DNA of 64,000 nt from Hypanus sabinus (lineage: Eukaryota). The stretch is from assembly GCF_030144855.1 (NCBI RefSeq), contig NC_082709.1:155558001-155622000 (forward strand), written 5' to 3'. A model generated the notes under the pieces. The model saw only the letters and a program-made list of their open reading frames with translations, did no database searches and was not told the origin of the DNA. This document shows positions 1 to 13,575 of this stretch, one piece after another. The translations under genes and the position numbers were made by a program. Position 1 is the stretch's first letter; every line of letters begins with the position of its first letter.

Positions 1-500
1 TTTGGCAATACCGTTTATTGGAATGACATTGAAAGATCTGCTTGCACTTATAAGTTCGACTGTCAATACTGCACCTTTAATTTGATTCATTCAACATGTG
101 CATTTGACCCTGCTGTAATTGCAAACACAACCAACCTTGAATTTGGAAAAGACAATGTTGTATGGTTGACAAAAAAATACTCAATCACTATTACGAACTA
201 TAACAAAAGCATTGCCTCAAAAATATCACAACAATACTGTGATTTCAAATTTGTCATTTCTGAAAAAGCTAAGACTGGTTCAATTAAGGCATTTACTAAT
301 ATGTTAAAATATGTGCTTAAAATGAAGAATTTGAAGAACTGACAAGTCTTGCTGACATCATTGGAGAATTTCAGTCTTCTAGTGCTGACTGCGAAGGTGG
401 CTTCAGTCTTACGAATTCAATCAAATGTAAATCCAGAAACAGACTAGAAGTGGAACATTTGGATAAACTAATGAGGATTAAGGTGCATCTTTCATCCGGA
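1..500 (+). mobile_element. hAT transposase relic, C-terminal dimerisation region
   Basis: About 362-483 translates GEFQSSSADCEGGFSLTNSIKCKSRNRLEVEHLDKLMRIK, matching the hAT C-terminal SSAxCERGFS...KxKxRNRL motif. The upstream part (ORF 82-342) is in another frame, so it is degraded. Confidence 0.75.
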
Positions 501-564
501 TGCAGAATTAATCTTAGCAGTTTATATACTAATACTATACTATAATATTAGTATAGTATTCTAA

Positions 565-1135
565 ATACAAGACTTTATAAGACACTGATGAGGCCTCACC
601 TTGAGTATTGTGAACAGTTTTGGGCTCCTCATCTTAGAAAAGATGTGCTGGCACGGGAGAGAGTCTAGAGGAGGTTCATAAGGATGATTCCAGGATATGA
701 AGAACGTTTGATGGCTCTGGGTCTGCACTCACTGGAATTCAGAAGGATGAGGAGGGATCTTATTGAAACCTATCGAATGTTGAAAGTCCTAGACAGAGTA
801 GATGTGGAAAGGATGTTTCCCATGGTGGGACAGTCTAGGACAAGGGGGCACAGCCTCAGGATAGAGGGGCGCCCTTTCAAAACAGAGATGCGGAGAAATT
901 TCTTTAGCCAAAGGGTGGTGAATTTGTTGCCACATGCAGCTGTGGAGGCCGGGTTATTGGGTGCATACAAAGCAGAGATTGATAGGTTCTTGATTAGACA
1001 TGACATCAAAGATTACAGGGAGAAGGGCGGGAACTGGGGTTGAGGAAGTGAAATAAAAAGTATCAGCCATGATTGAATGGCAGAGCAGACTCGATGGGCC
1101 AGAGGGCCTAATTCTGCTCCTATGTCTTATGGTCT
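565..1135 (+). mobile_element. CR1 LINE 3' fragment
   Basis: ORF2 C-terminus ([45 protein letters not shown]) followed by the 3' UTR ending tcttatggtct. Confidence 0.9.
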
Positions 1136-1879
1136 CATATTCATAGTATGCATAATTGCAAAAAAAAATGATTGAGCTGTATACTAATTAGTGTGAATGT
1201 TGTTTCCAGGGAGGGTAAAAATAGACAAAGAAATCTGAAGTTACCAGGGGGAGAGGATAAAGAAAATGAAAGTTTAAATTGTGAAGTCACCCCCTCAGCT
1301 TCCTGTGCTCCATGGAAAGAAGTAACAATCGTCCAGTCTCTCCTGATAACTCAAGACCTCCAACCTAAATATCATCATCTTTTTATGAATCTTTTTTCAG
1401 CTCTCTCCAGCTTAATGGACACATTCCTATAGATGGGTGACCAGAACTGCACACAATACTCCAAGTGTGTTCTCACCCATGGCTTGTGCCATTTTAGCAT
1501 GATGTCCCCAACGCTTGTACTTAAAATTGGGCTCATTCAAGTTTCACACCTAGAACCTCTTTCACTCTGAGCAAGGATTATATCCCCAGACCAATTAGCC
1601 TTTCATTAGGCCAAAAAAAAAATGGTTGTGATAAATAAGTAATTTGTCAGTAAGTAAATTTTCAGTAACCAGGGAAAAGCTGTAGAAATCAATCACTGTT
1701 TCAACTTGGATTAATGTTTGGACCCATGGATGACCAGAAGGGAGGTTGTAAAAGATAAGATATTGCTTTTGCTGCGGTTGCATAGGAAGGACCAAAGTAT
1801 TTCATGGAAAGGGAGGAATAAATCAAGAATAAACCAAACACAAAATCTTTAGCACAGGGGCTCCACAACGCTCCACAAC

Positions 1880-2920
1880 GCTCCCTGCCCTACTCACTTT
1901 ACATTTATGACTGAGTGGCTAAGAACAGTTCCGATGCTATATTTAAGTTTGTTGATGACAGCACTATCGTAGGCTGAATCAAAGTGGTGAAAAATTTGCA
2001 TATACTGGTGCCACAACAACCTCTTACTCAATATCAGGAAGGCCAAGGAGCTGATTAATGACTTCAGGACGAGGAAATCAGAGGTCTGTGGGTCAGTCCT
2101 CTTTGGAGGAACAGGTGGAGAGGGTCAGCACTTTAAATACATCAGTGTTATCATTTCAGAGGATCTGTCCTGGTCCCAGCATGAAAGTGTAATTATAAAG
2201 AAAGTATGGCAGCACCTCTATTTCCTTGGGAATCTGCAAAGATTCAGCATGACATCTAAGGCTTTGAAAAACTTCTATAGATAAGTGGTGGAGAATATAT
2301 TGACTTACAGCATCACAGCCCGGTAAGGAAACACCAATTCCCTTGAACAGAAAATCCTCCAAGAAGTAGTGGATATGGCCCAGTCTATCACAGGGAAAGT
2401 CCTCCCCACCGTTAAGCACACCTACATGGAGTGTTGTCACAGGAAAGCAGCAACCATCATCGGGGGCCCCCCACCACCAGGTCATGCTCACTTCTTGCTG
2501 CTGCTATCAGGAAGGTGTATAGAAGCTGCAGGACTCACACCACCAGATTCAGGAACAGTTATTACCCCTCAACCAAAGAGGATAATTTCATTCAACTTCA
2601 CTGATGATGCCACCATGAAAATGTTCCCACAATCTATGGACTCACTTTCAAGGACTCTTCATCTTATGTTCTTGATATTTATTGCTTATTTATTTATTAT
2701 TTATTATTTATTTATTTAATTAATGTTATTTATTTAGCATTTTCACCGTTTGTTGTCTGTTGCATACTGGTTGAATGGCCAGTTGGTGCACTCTTTCATT
2801 GATTCTATGATGCTTATTATTCTAATATGGATTTATAATGTCTGCAAGAAAATGAATTTCAGGGTTGTATATGGTGGCATATATGCACCTTGATAAAAAA
2901 GTTTACTTTGAACTTTGAAA
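1880..2920 (+). mobile_element. Rex1/Babar-like LINE 3' fragment, degraded
   Basis: Degenerate LYSLY..D and FKF.DDSTIVG RT motifs at about 1890-1975, the C-terminal region in ORF 2369-2719, and a tail ending ctttgaactttga. Confidence 0.7.
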
Positions 2921-3089
2921 TGGTGCCTTGAAAATTTAAATCCAGTCAGCTAATTACATTAATTTGGCATAACACACTTACTGTATATCATTAATACTGA
3001 CAATGAAACAGTGGTTTGCTAAAAAATCCTTCTGGTTCCTTTACCGAAAGGAAATCTGCTGCACCTTCTCAGTCTGATCTTTGTCTGAA

Positions 3090-3230
3090 TCCAGAGCTGT
3101 CCTGCTGAAGGGACTTGGCCCGAAACATTGACCTTGCCCTTTTCCACTGATGCTGCTTGCCCTGCTGAGCTCCTCCAGTATTTTGTGTGTTAATTGGATT
3201 TCCAGCGTTTGCAGATTTTCTTTTGTTTGC
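3090..3230 (+). mobile_element. Penelope-like element 3' terminal fragment with decayed hammerhead core
   Basis: gtc-CTGCTGA-agggacttggccc-GAAACATT-gac followed by the same tail as the GIY-YIG copy at 10175-11113. Confidence 0.65.
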
Positions 3231-3760
3231 TATAGGTAATGTTGCTTACTTTAACTAGTAGAGCTGCAGTGACCTAGGATACAATGACCACAGCACAAAC
3301 GACCTAGAATATAATGACCATAGCTCCAGCTGGCTAGGATAAGTTCAGAACTCAGATTCTGCTTCTGTGTTATTTCCACATTTGTCTTGTGTGAGTTTCT
3401 GCATGGTGTGCCTCTCTTCAGCTGGTTAGTAGGTTAATTGGCTATTGCAAATTATCCCTATCATTTAGATGGGAACGTAGCAAAACTTGGAGGGAATTGG
3501 ATTGTCTGTGAACCTCATATTGGGCTGAAATAGTTTACTTCCATGCCACAAAGAAATATATGAGGATTCTCTGAATGGTTTAACAAGATATTCCGTTCAG
3601 TAAAACTGCGACTGAATCTGGGAATGTCTTCACCAAAAACCCTCTACAAGGTCAGTAAATGTTCTCTAGCTTGAAATCCTCACATCTCAAAGTTCAAGGT
3701 ATAAGTCACTACATAGAACCCTGAGATTCTTTTTCTGTGGGAATACTTAGCAAATCTAAA

Positions 3761-6545
3761 GACCATAAGACATAGGAGCAGAATTGGGCCATTTGGCCCA
3801 TCGAGCCTGTTCTGCAATTCAATCATGGATGATCCGTTTTTTTTCTCCCCCTCAACCCCAGTTCCTGGCCTTCTCCCGTAACCTTTGATGCCATGTCTAA
3901 CCAAGAACCAATCAATCTCTTCCTTAAATACACCCAATGACTTGGCCTCCATAGCTGCATGTGGCAACAAATTCCATGAATTCACCACCCTTTGGCTAAA
4001 GAAATTTCTCAGCATCTCTGTTTAGAAAGGGCACCTCTCTATCCTGAGGGTGTGTCCTCTTGTCCTAGACACTCCCACCATGGGAAACATTCTTTCCAAA
4101 ACCCTGTCTAGGCCTTTCAACATTTGAAAGGTTTCAATGAGTTTCTCCGTCATCCTTCTGAATTCCAGTGAATATAGACCCAGAGCCATCAAAAGTTCCT
4201 CGTATGATAACCCTTTCATTCCTCAGATCATCCTTGTGTGCCTCCTCTGGACCCTCTCCAATGCCAGTACATCTTTTCTAAGATGAGGGGGCCAAAAATA
4301 TTCTCAATACTCAAGGTGAGGCCTCACTAGTGCCTTATCAAGCATCCTCATTACATCCTTGCTCCTATATTCCAGACCTCTTGAAATGAATGCTAACATG
4401 CCATTTGCCTCCCTCACCACTGACTCAACCTGCAGGTTGACCTTTAGGGTGTTCTGCACAAGAACTCTCAAGTCCATTTGCACCTCAGATTTTTGGATTT
4501 TCTTCCCCTTTAGAACATAATCTACAGATTTATTTCTACTACCAAAGTGTATGATCATGCGTTTTCGAACATTGTATTTCATTCGGTATCCTCTTGCCCA
4601 TTCTCCTAATCTGACTAAGTCCTTCTGCATCCTACCCGTTTCCTCAACACTACCTTCCCCTCCACCAATCTTCGTGGCATCTGCAAACTTGGGATCAAAG
4701 CCTTCCATTGCATCATCCAAACCATTGATATACAGCATAAAAAGAAGTGGTCCCAACACCGACCACTGTGGAACACCACTAGTCACCAGCAGCCAACCAG
4801 AAAAGGATCCTTTTATTCCCACTTGCTGCCTCCTACAAATCAGCCAATGCTCTAACCAAGTTAGTAACTTTCCTATAATATCATGGGCACTTAACTTGGT
4901 AAACAGCCTCATGTTTGGTACCTTGTCAAAGGCCTTCTGAAAGTCCAAATATACAACATCAACTACATCCCCTTTATCTATCCTACTTGTAAACTCCTCA
5001 AAGAATTCCGACAGGTTCGTCAGGCAGGATTTTCCCTGAAGGAAACCATGCTGACTTTGTCTTATCTTGTCCTGTGTCACCAAATACTCCATCACCTCAT
5101 CCTTAACAAATGACTCTAAATCTTCCCAACCACTGAGGTCAGGTTAACTGGTCTGTAATTTCCTTTCAGCTGCCTTCCTCCTATCTGAAGGAGTGGAATG
5201 ACATTTGCAATTTTCCAGTGGCACCATACCAGAGTCCAATGATTTTTGAAAGATCATTTCTAATGCCACCACAATCTCTAACACTACCTCTTTCAGAACC
5301 CTAGGGTGCAGTTCATCTGGTCCGGGTGACTTATGTGCCTTTAGGTCTTTCAGGTTTTTGAGCATCTTCTCTCTTATAGTAACTACACCCACTTCTCTTC
5401 CTTCACACACTACAATATCTGGCACACTGCTAGTGTCTTCCATAGTGAAGACTGATGCAAAATACTCATTTGGTTCATCAGCCATCTCCTTGTCCCTTGT
5501 TATTTCTCCTGCCTCATTTTCCAATGGTCCTATGTCCACTCTCATTTCTCTTTTATTTTTAACATACTTGGAAAAAATTTTACTATCCACTTTGATATTA
5601 TTTGTTAGCTTGCTTTCATATTTCATCTTTTCACTTCTAATGATATTTTTAGTTGCTCTATGTAGGTTTTAAAAAGCTTCCCAATCCTCAATCTTCCCAC
5701 TAATTTCTGCTTTGTTGTATGCCCTTTTTTTGCTTTTACAATAGCTTTGACTTCCCTTGTCATCCATGGTTGTACTGCACCTTCCTCACTTTTTCCAGAA
5801 ACACATGCCATTGCTGCCCTGCTGACATCCCTGCTAGCAGCTCCTCCAATTTGCTTTGGACACACCATTTTAATTTCCCTTACTCCACTGAAATACTGCT
5901 ACATCAGATTTTATTTTTTCCCTTATCAAATTTCAAGTTGAACTCAATCATATTCTGATCAATGGTTCCCAAGGGTTCATTTACCTTAAGCACCCTAATT
6001 GCCTTCAGTTAATTACATAACACCCAATCCAGTATAGCTGATCCCCTAGTAGGCTCAGTGACAAACTGCTCCAAAAAGCCACCTCTTAAGCATTCAACAA
6101 ACTCACTTTCTTGAGATCCATTACCAACCTGATTTTCCCCAATCGACCTCAATGTTAAAATCTTCCATGACTACCATAACATTGCCCTTTTGACTCACCT
6201 TTTCTATTTCCTGTTGTAACCTGTGGTCCACCCCCCAGCCACTGTTGGGAGGCCTGTATATAACTACCATCAACGTCCTTTTACCCTTGCAGTTTCTTAA
6301 CTCAACCCACAAAGATTCAACATCTTCTGATCCTATGTTACATCATTCTACTGATTTGATGCCATTCTTTACCAGTAGAGTCACACCACCCTCTCTGCCT
6401 ATCTTCCTATCCCCCCGATATAATGTTCACCACAGTAACCTTGGACATTCAGCTCCCAACTACAACCAATTTTCAGCCATGATTCAGTGATGGCCACAAC
6501 ATCATATCTGACAATCTGTAATAGTGCAACAAAATCATCCACCTT
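3761..6545 (-). mobile_element. CR1 LINE, ORF2 (endonuclease end plus RT) with frameshifts, 3' end present
   Basis: ORFs 4304-5095 (QHGFLQGKSCLTNL, DFQKAFDKV, GVPQWSVLGP, KFADATK), 5144-5626 and 6121-6312 (WVELRN...VIYRPPNS). Confidence 0.92.
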
Positions 6546-6935
6546 ATGAACTATAAACTGAACATCATGAACTGTGAACTGTAAACTGTAAACAGACTGT
6601 GCAAGTACAGATATAAATAACTAGCAATAAATAGCAAAGATGAACTAACCATACAACGGAGTCCTTAAAGGGGTGCAACTGTCCCTTTTCATTCAAGAGC
6701 CTGATGGTTGAATGGTAGTAACTGTTCTTGAAGCTGGTGGTATGAGTCCTGAGGCACTGGTACCTGCTACCTGATGGCAGCAGAGGGAGAAGAGCATGGC
6801 CTGGGTGGTGAGGATCTTTGATGATGGATCTGGTTTTTCTATGGCAACGTTTCCTGTAGATGTGCTTAATGGTTGGGAGGGCTTTACCAATGATGTACTG
6901 GGTTGAATCCAATACCTTTTGTAGGATTGAATGAA
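6545..6935 (-). mobile_element. Rex1/Babar-like LINE 3' fragment
   Basis: IIKDPHHPGHALLPLLPSGSRYQCLRTHTTSFKNSYYHSTIRLLN in ORF 6565-7101, with a short-repeat tail. Confidence 0.75.
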
Positions 6936-7248
6936 AAGGAAAATGCAGTTGTTTTTCCCCTTCAAGGGAAGATGGAAACTTGATTGAGCCTTGTTGGATC
7001 ATGAGTGTGCACAAACCAACTTTCTGTTCTGTTCCCCAGTTGATCATCAGTTCCACTGTTCTCAATAGAGCTGTATATTCTGGAGGATGAAGATCAGGCA
7101 AAAATCCACTACCAGCTACTTAGTACAATTACTAAGGAACTATTTCTACCTTTCTATAGATCTCATTATAACAGAGTTATAGTTTGATTCAATCAAGTTT
7201 TCAATGATCCATCAAATTTTAGTAACCACACAGATTCTTGTAGCTTAC

Positions 7249-7557
7249 CTATTTGTAGTATATAAGTGAATATTTTCCACGTATCTTCTGTTTTAACTTC
7301 ACAGGTATATTCGCCTGCATCTTCCTTCATCACACGGTGTAGCGTAAGTGATGACGAATTCTGGTTAGTTTGTATTTTTAATTGGTTGTTATCGCAGCCT
7401 GAATTACTGGCATACTGAGGCACTGATCGACAGATTTCTACTGAAGGAGAGTCTGACGAGCTTCTAAATCTCCACATAACTTCGAAATTTTGATCATTAA
7501 TAGAGGAATAGTTGCAAGTGATTGCAACACTATGAGTCTCATTTTCTTTCAATGTGC
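7249..7557 (-). CDS. HHLA2: HHLA2/B7-H7-like gene, exon for the third Ig domain (V-like)
   Basis: Acceptor ttttatttttttag, donor G|gtaagc, 309 nt, phase 1/1. GTLKENETHSVAITCNYS...MW...SLTLHRVMKEDAGEYTCEV shows the B-strand Cys, C-strand Trp and DxGxYxC. Confidence 0.8.
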
Positions 7558-8029
7558 CTAAAAAATAAAACAGAACAGAAATTTTCACAGAGCTTCATTC
7601 ATCTTTAGATTTCTTTACTTTTACATTTTTGGAAGGATAAATCCCAGTTTGGGCATTGGGTGCCCGCACTCTAGCAAAGATGATGTTGTGAAAAGCATAT
7701 TGGAAATGCTTGAAAATGGTTTATATTCCCAAGGAGGGAATACTCTATTTGGCATAACACAGCTGATCTGTTTGCATGATTTTAGACTAAATATGTTGTT
7801 TTATAATGAGTAAGAAAGGCAGAACGACTCAGTAGATCGGAGAGCATCTGTGCAGGGAAATTGTTTTGGGTCGAGATGAAGAGACTCAACCAAAAATTGT
7901 CCATTATCCTCCACAGATGCTCTCTGATTGGCTTAGTTCCTTCAACATCTTTTGTTGCTCTAGATTCCAATATCTTCAGTCTGTTGAGTCTACATTCAGT
8001 ATGAACATCAGTTATCTTTCTTTTCAAAT

Positions 8030-9250
8030 CTCTTTATTATTATTATTGTCCAAAATAACAGGAGTACATCGAAGTAAGTAACACTTACAATGTCTCAAAG
8101 GGGAGAAAAAAACAATGGCTAAGGATTGAAACATATAGTGACACAAAAAAAAGAAAAGAAAAAACCCTTCTAAAACAAGAAAAAGGTGAGAAAAAAAAGA
8201 AGAACCCATGAGGTGTTCAACCCCGGAGCCGTGCGTCACACCAAAGGTTCCTAAAGATAAACAGCAAACCGCCAGCAAAAAAAATCAAGCCAAAATTTAC
8301 AATTAGATCGTGGAGAAAATCTATCAATTAACTCAAATGGTATTAACGAATAAATGAACCCCATCTTTTCTCAAAATCAAACATAGTTTCGAAGGTTCGA
8401 CTTCTAATTTTCTCCAAACTAAGACATAACATCACTTGAGGGAACCGTTGTGACAGGGTGGGAGTTGATGTATCCTTCCACTTCAACAGAATGGCCCTCC
8501 TAGCTATCTATCAATGTAACAAACGCAATAACATGCTGGTCAGACAAAGAAATACCAGGGATATTTTGAGGAATTATTCCAAAGAGCACAGTTAATTTGT
8601 TAGGTTGTAAGTTAATTTAGAAATTGTAGAAAAAACTGACTTCCAATACTGTTCCAGTATAGAACAAGACCAAAACATGTGTCAGTGTAGCTGTCTCAGT
8701 TCTACATCTATCACAATAACTATCAACATTAGGAAAGATTTTAGACAATCTCTCCTTTGTCAAATAGTAATGATGTACAATTTTAAATTGAATCAATGAA
8801 TGGCTAGCACAAATCGAGGCAGAGTTAACCAACTTCAAAATCCACATCCAGTCCACCATTGTAAGAGTCAAATTAAGTTCCTTTTCCCAATCTTGTTTAA
8901 TCTTAAAGAAAGGGCGCTTATCCCATTGTAAGAATAAATTATAAATTCTTCCAGTGAAACCCTTCATCAAAGGGTTCATACTCATGATAGTATCTAACAG
9001 GTCGGCCTCTAATATGCAAGGAAACTTACTTAAATATTTTTGTAAGAAATGTCTAACTTGAAGATGAACATCATTTGTATGTGTGGCTTCCAACTGATTT
9101 GTTCTGATGCTGAGACTGGAATCCAAGAAGGGTTGGTAAATGTAATAATATCAGCTTTAGAGGTTACTACAGTTAAAGGTACATTATTCCATTGATAATC
9201 ATCAAGATGTCTTAGCACAGCGCAATGCATGCAGATTCTGTGCTATGACA
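8030..9250 (-). mobile_element. L1-clade LINE 3' fragment (ORF2 C-terminal zinc-binding region)
   Basis: ORF 8617-9126 has IKQDWEKEL...FKIVHHYYLTKERLSKIFP..CDRC.....TLTH, followed by a 3' tail with (AAT)n near 8036. Confidence 0.8.
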
Positions 9251-9430
9251 ATGATACCATGGTTGCAGAAAATGAATCTAACGAAAGCTCTAATTTTTCT
9301 CTACAACTAAATTGGAGAACTTTCCAGAAACAGTGTTAATGTGGTAATACTGGCCAGACTACATTGCTGCAATTACTGAAAATAAGAGATTATTATCACC
9401 ATGGTGAACAGGGTAAAGCCAGTATATCAG

Positions 9431-10170
9431 TTGGTAGAACGCAGAAGGCCAGGCAACATCTACAGGAAGAATTGTTGTCGACATTTCAGGCAGAGACCCT
9501 TCATCAAGACTAACTGAAAGAAAAGGTAGTAAGAGATTTTAAAGTAGGAGGGGGAGGGGGAAATCCGAAATTATAGGAGAAGACCGGAGGGGGTGGGGTG
9601 AAGATAAGAGATGAAAAGGCGATTGGCAAAAGGGATACAGAGCTGGAGAGGGGAAAGGATCATGGGATGGAGGCCTAGGGGGAGGGGAGCACCAGAGGGA
9701 GATGGAGAACAGGCAGAGAGAAAAAAAAGAGGGGAGGGAAAATAAATAAATCAGGGATGGGGAAAGAAGGGGAGGAGGGACATTAATGGAAGTTAGAGAA
9801 ATCAATGTACATGTCATCAGGTTGGAGGCTACCCAAATGGAATATAAGGTGTTGTTCCTCCAACCTGAGTTTGGATTCATTTTGACAATAGAGGAGGCCA
9901 TGGATAGACATATCAGAATGGGAATGGGACGTGGAATTAAAATGTGTGGCCACTGGGAGATCCTGCTTTCTCTGGCGGACCAAGCATAGGTGTTCAGCGA
10001 AGTGTAAGGGCAGGTGTAGAACCTGTTCCGTTTACAAGGATAAGTGCCAGGAGGGAGATCGGTGGGAAGGGATGGGGGGGATGAGTGGACAGGGGAGTCG
10101 TGCAGGGAGCGATCCCTGCAAAAAGCAGAAAGGGGGGAGGGGGAAGGGAAAGATGTGTTTGGTAATGGGA
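9431..10170 (-). mobile_element. Penelope-like element, 5'-truncated (GIY-YIG endonuclease end plus terminal repeat)
   Basis: ORF 9783-9983 RQRKQDLPVATHFNS...LEEQHLIFHLG; reverse-complement homologue of 10175-11113. Confidence 0.8.
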
Positions 10171-10174
10171 TCCA

Positions 10175-11113
10175 ACCCTAACCCCTCCCTCCCCCCCTTT
10201 CTACTTTTCGCAGGGATCGCTCCCTATGCGACTCCCTTGTCCATTCGTCCCCTCCCCATCCCTTCCCACTGATCTCCCTCCTGGCACTTATTCTTGTAAG
10301 CAGAACAAGTGCTACACTTCCTCCCTCACCACCATTCAGGGCCCCAGACAGTCCTTCCAGGTGAGGTGACACTTCACCTGTGAGTTGGCTGGTGTGGTAT
10401 ACTGCGTCCGGTGCTCCCGGTGCAGCCTTCTATATATTGGTGAGACCCGACACAGACTGGGAGACCGTTTCACTGAACACCTACGCTCAGTCTGCCAGAG
10501 AAAGCAGGATCTCCCAGTGGCCACACATTTTAATTCCATGTCCCATTCCCATTCTGATATGTCTATCCATGGCCTCCTCTACTGTCAAGATGAAGCAACA
10601 CTCAGGTTGGAGGAACAACACCTTATATTCCGTCTGGGTAGCTTCCAATCTGATGGCATGAACATTGACTTCTCTAACTTCCGTTAATGCCCCTCCTCCC
10701 CTTCTTACCCCATCCCTGATTTATTTATTCCCCCTCCTTTTTTTTCGCTCTGCCCATCACTCTGCCTGTTCCTCACCTCACTCTGGTGCTCCCCTCCCCC
10801 TTTCTTTCACCCTAGGCCTCCCGTCCCATGATCCTTTCCCTTCTCCAGCTCTGTATCCTTTTTGCCAATCACTTTTCCAGCTCTTAGCTTCACCCCTCCC
10901 CCTCCTGTCTTCTTCTATCATTCCAGATTTCCCCCTCCCCCTCCTACTTTCAAATCTCTTACTACCTTTTCTTTCAGTTAGTTTTGACGAAGGGTCTCAG
11001 CCCGAAACGTCGACAGTGCTTCTCCCTATAGATGCTGTCTGCCCTGCTGTGTCCCACCAGCATTTTGTGTGTGTTGTTTGAATTTCCAGCATCTGCAGAT
11101 TTCCTCGTATTTG
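10175..11113 (+). mobile_element. Penelope-like element, 5'-truncated (GIY-YIG endonuclease plus terminal repeat)
   Basis: ORF 10385-10687 GVVYCVRCSRCSLLYIGETRHRLGDRFTEH is the GIY-YIG signature with the CxxC insert typical of Penelope-like elements. Confidence 0.85.
10980..11015 (+). ncRNA. Minimal type I hammerhead ribozyme motif in a Penelope-like terminal repeat (C3U variant)
   Basis: agtt-TTGACGA-aGGGtctcagCCC-GAAACGTC-gaca: core boxes, stem II, palindromic ACGT stem III and a GTC cleavage triplet. Confidence 0.65.
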
Positions 11114-11428
11114 CGGTATATCAGCTTCCTGGCAGATTAGTTACAATTACGTCGCTTCCTACAGTGCAGGATGTGCCATAACTAATTTGTAGTTACTGTT
11201 GCTACGAACAGATCAAGACTGTGTATTTTGTGGAGACTGACACATCTCTTAACAGCTCGAAGTCTTTCTGCCAATTGGAAGCACTGGCCGGAAGTTTGAA
11301 CTATAGAAACTGCAGTAAAGTAACTCCAAGAATTGTTTAATCATCAATTAATATCCAATCAAGTTAACCATGATCCAGAACTGTTACACATTCTTGTCTA
11401 AAAAAATTTTGTAAGATCTGATGGTTAC

Positions 11429-11722
11429 CTTGCATTTTCCAGGATGCAGTCAAAGACTTCTTCAGTCTTTCATTTATTATATTACACTTGTAGGTGTCTT
11501 GTGACATATGATCAATCTTCAAAATGCTTTTAATGTTGTGAAGGTGTTTTTGGTCAATACCTTCAGTTGTGTTTAATCTTGTATCATTGGTTAGATCAGT
11601 TCCATTCTCAGAAAATGTAAGTAAAGGCTTTGGATAAGCTCCAGTTATGGCACAGATAATGTTGGTCACATTGTCCAGCATATTTGGAGGAGAAAATTGC
11701 AAATTTGCAATTGCAAAATCAC
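11429..11722 (-). CDS. HHLA2: HHLA2/B7-H7-like gene, exon for the second (C-type) Ig domain
   Basis: Acceptor gtatccctccag, donor G|gtaacc, 294 nt, phase 1/1. IICAITGAYPKPLLTF...TYKCNIINERLKKSLTASW is a B7-family C domain (C-x4-YPxP). Confidence 0.82.
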
Positions 11723-12799
11723 CTGGAGGGATACAATAACCCATTGAATCATTAGACAAGTTAGCAATACAAAATAAATGCTATTCACCTTAATATCCAG
11801 AAGACAAGAGAATTCTGCAGAGATACAGAACAAGCTTCCAATTCGCTTTCAACTCCTTTACCTTAACTCTCAATATCAGAACAAATGCAAATTTATACAC
11901 TAACTCACTTCCTTCACAATTGTATGCATTGGCTATAGAAAAATGACTTGAGAGGATAAATTAGGAGATTCTAAAGTACAAAACATGAGGTAGAGAAGAT
12001 GGGTAGGATGAGAGTAAATGCTGCTTAATTTCTATTTTAAATGTTGCCAATATACAAAGAAGATGGCATATAGTAACTAAGTAAAAGAATTTTTGAAACA
12101 CGATTGCAGATGGAGCGTCTGTTGACAAGTTCTATGCAAGAGGGACAGAGCGGATGTTGAGATTTAGGGAGAATACTTGCATCACTATGAGGGATCATCC
12201 TGAGCAGGAAGCCATGAGTACCCACTGTACTCAAAACAATGCACCTGTCAAAGTTGTTGGGAAGTTTCTTACTCCAATATTCTCTCAGAGAACATATAAA
12301 TAAATTGTAATGATTGAGACAGGATGAGCGAGTAACAATACACCTATGACCTGGCTGGATTCCACTCCAGTTCCATCAATAAGTTTGCAAAAGACACCAT
12401 CATAGTGGCTGAATCTCATTGAATGGTAAGTCGGAGTACAAGGAGGAGGCAGAGAGCCTAGTGGCATGGGATCATGACAACAGGCTTTCTCTCAATGACA
12501 GCAAAACAAAAGAGCTGGTCATTGATCTCAGGAAGGGGGGTGTGGCACCCTTCTCCTGTTTACGTCATTGGTGTTGAGATCAAAAGAGCTGACCCATGGC
12601 CGGTCATTGTCCAACCACATAGATGCCATGGCAAAGAAGCCCACTAGCATCTCTGCTTCCTCAAGTCACCGCAGTGAGTTGTGGAAACAGCTCAGCTCCT
12701 CACAGAAGCTCCTCACCAAGGACAAACTCCTTTTATTCTGGTATCTTCCCCCTTCCTGTTCAGTCTTGAAGAAGGGTCTCAGCCTGAAACATTGATTAT

Positions 12800-13575
12800 T
12801 TATGAATTTCCATAGATGTTGCCTGGCCTCCAGCATTTTGTGAGTGTTGCTTTGGATTTCCAGCATCTGCAGACTTTCTTGTGTTTAAGACAATTCAAAA
12901 CTGTTTTGCTCACTACAGTTTCAAGCATTCAGATCTGGAGATGCCGGAAACTGCAAGGAGTGAAAATGAAACATTTTCACTGCTTCAACAAGCTGATCCA
13001 ACCTGATGGCATTAACGTCGCTTTCTTCAACTTCTGGTAATGCCCCTCCACATCTCTATTCCCCATTCCTTTTCCCTCTCTCACCTCACCTCCTTGCCAG
13101 CCCATCACCTCCCTCTGGTGCTCCTTGCCTTTTTTCTTTCTTCCATGGCCTCTGGCCTCTCCTATCAGATTCCCCCTTCCCCAGCCCTGTACCTCTTTTG
13201 CCAAACAACTTCCCAACTCTTTACATAGAAACATAGAAAATAGGTGCAGGAGTAGGCCATTTGGCCCTTCGAGCCTGCACCGCCATTCAGTATGATCATG
13301 GCTGATCATCCAACTCAGAACCCTGTACCTACTTTCTCTCCATACCCCCGATCCCTTTAGCCCCCAGGGCCATATCTAACTTCATCGCTCTCCCCCTCCC
13401 AGTTTCATTTATCACCTTGTGTTTCTCCCTCCCTTCACCCTACCATTTTACTCTGACTCCTCATCTTTTTTTCTCCAATCCTTTTGTAGGGTCTCAGCCC
13501 AAAACATCAACCGTTTACTCTTTTCTGTAGATGCTGCCTGGCCTGCTGAATTCCTCCAGCATTTTGTATGAGTGC
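12800..13575 (+). mobile_element. Composite of Penelope-like 3' fragments interrupted by an antisense CR1 3'-tail piece (about 13225-13380)
   Basis: Sequence matches the tails of 10175-11113 and the reverse complement of the CR1 3' UTR. Confidence 0.6.

Noticed and set aside
531-560. AT-rich hairpin aatactatacta-taatat-tagtatagtatt at the hAT/CR1 junction
   Set aside because: Low-complexity 12-bp arms at an insertion junction; most likely a repair scar.
7018-7080. Phase 1/1 exon candidate after the V2 exon (EYTALLRTVELMINWGTEQKV)
   Set aside because: The acceptor is good but the donor (gtttgt) is weak, the peptide is not transmembrane-like, and it abuts a Rex1 fragment.
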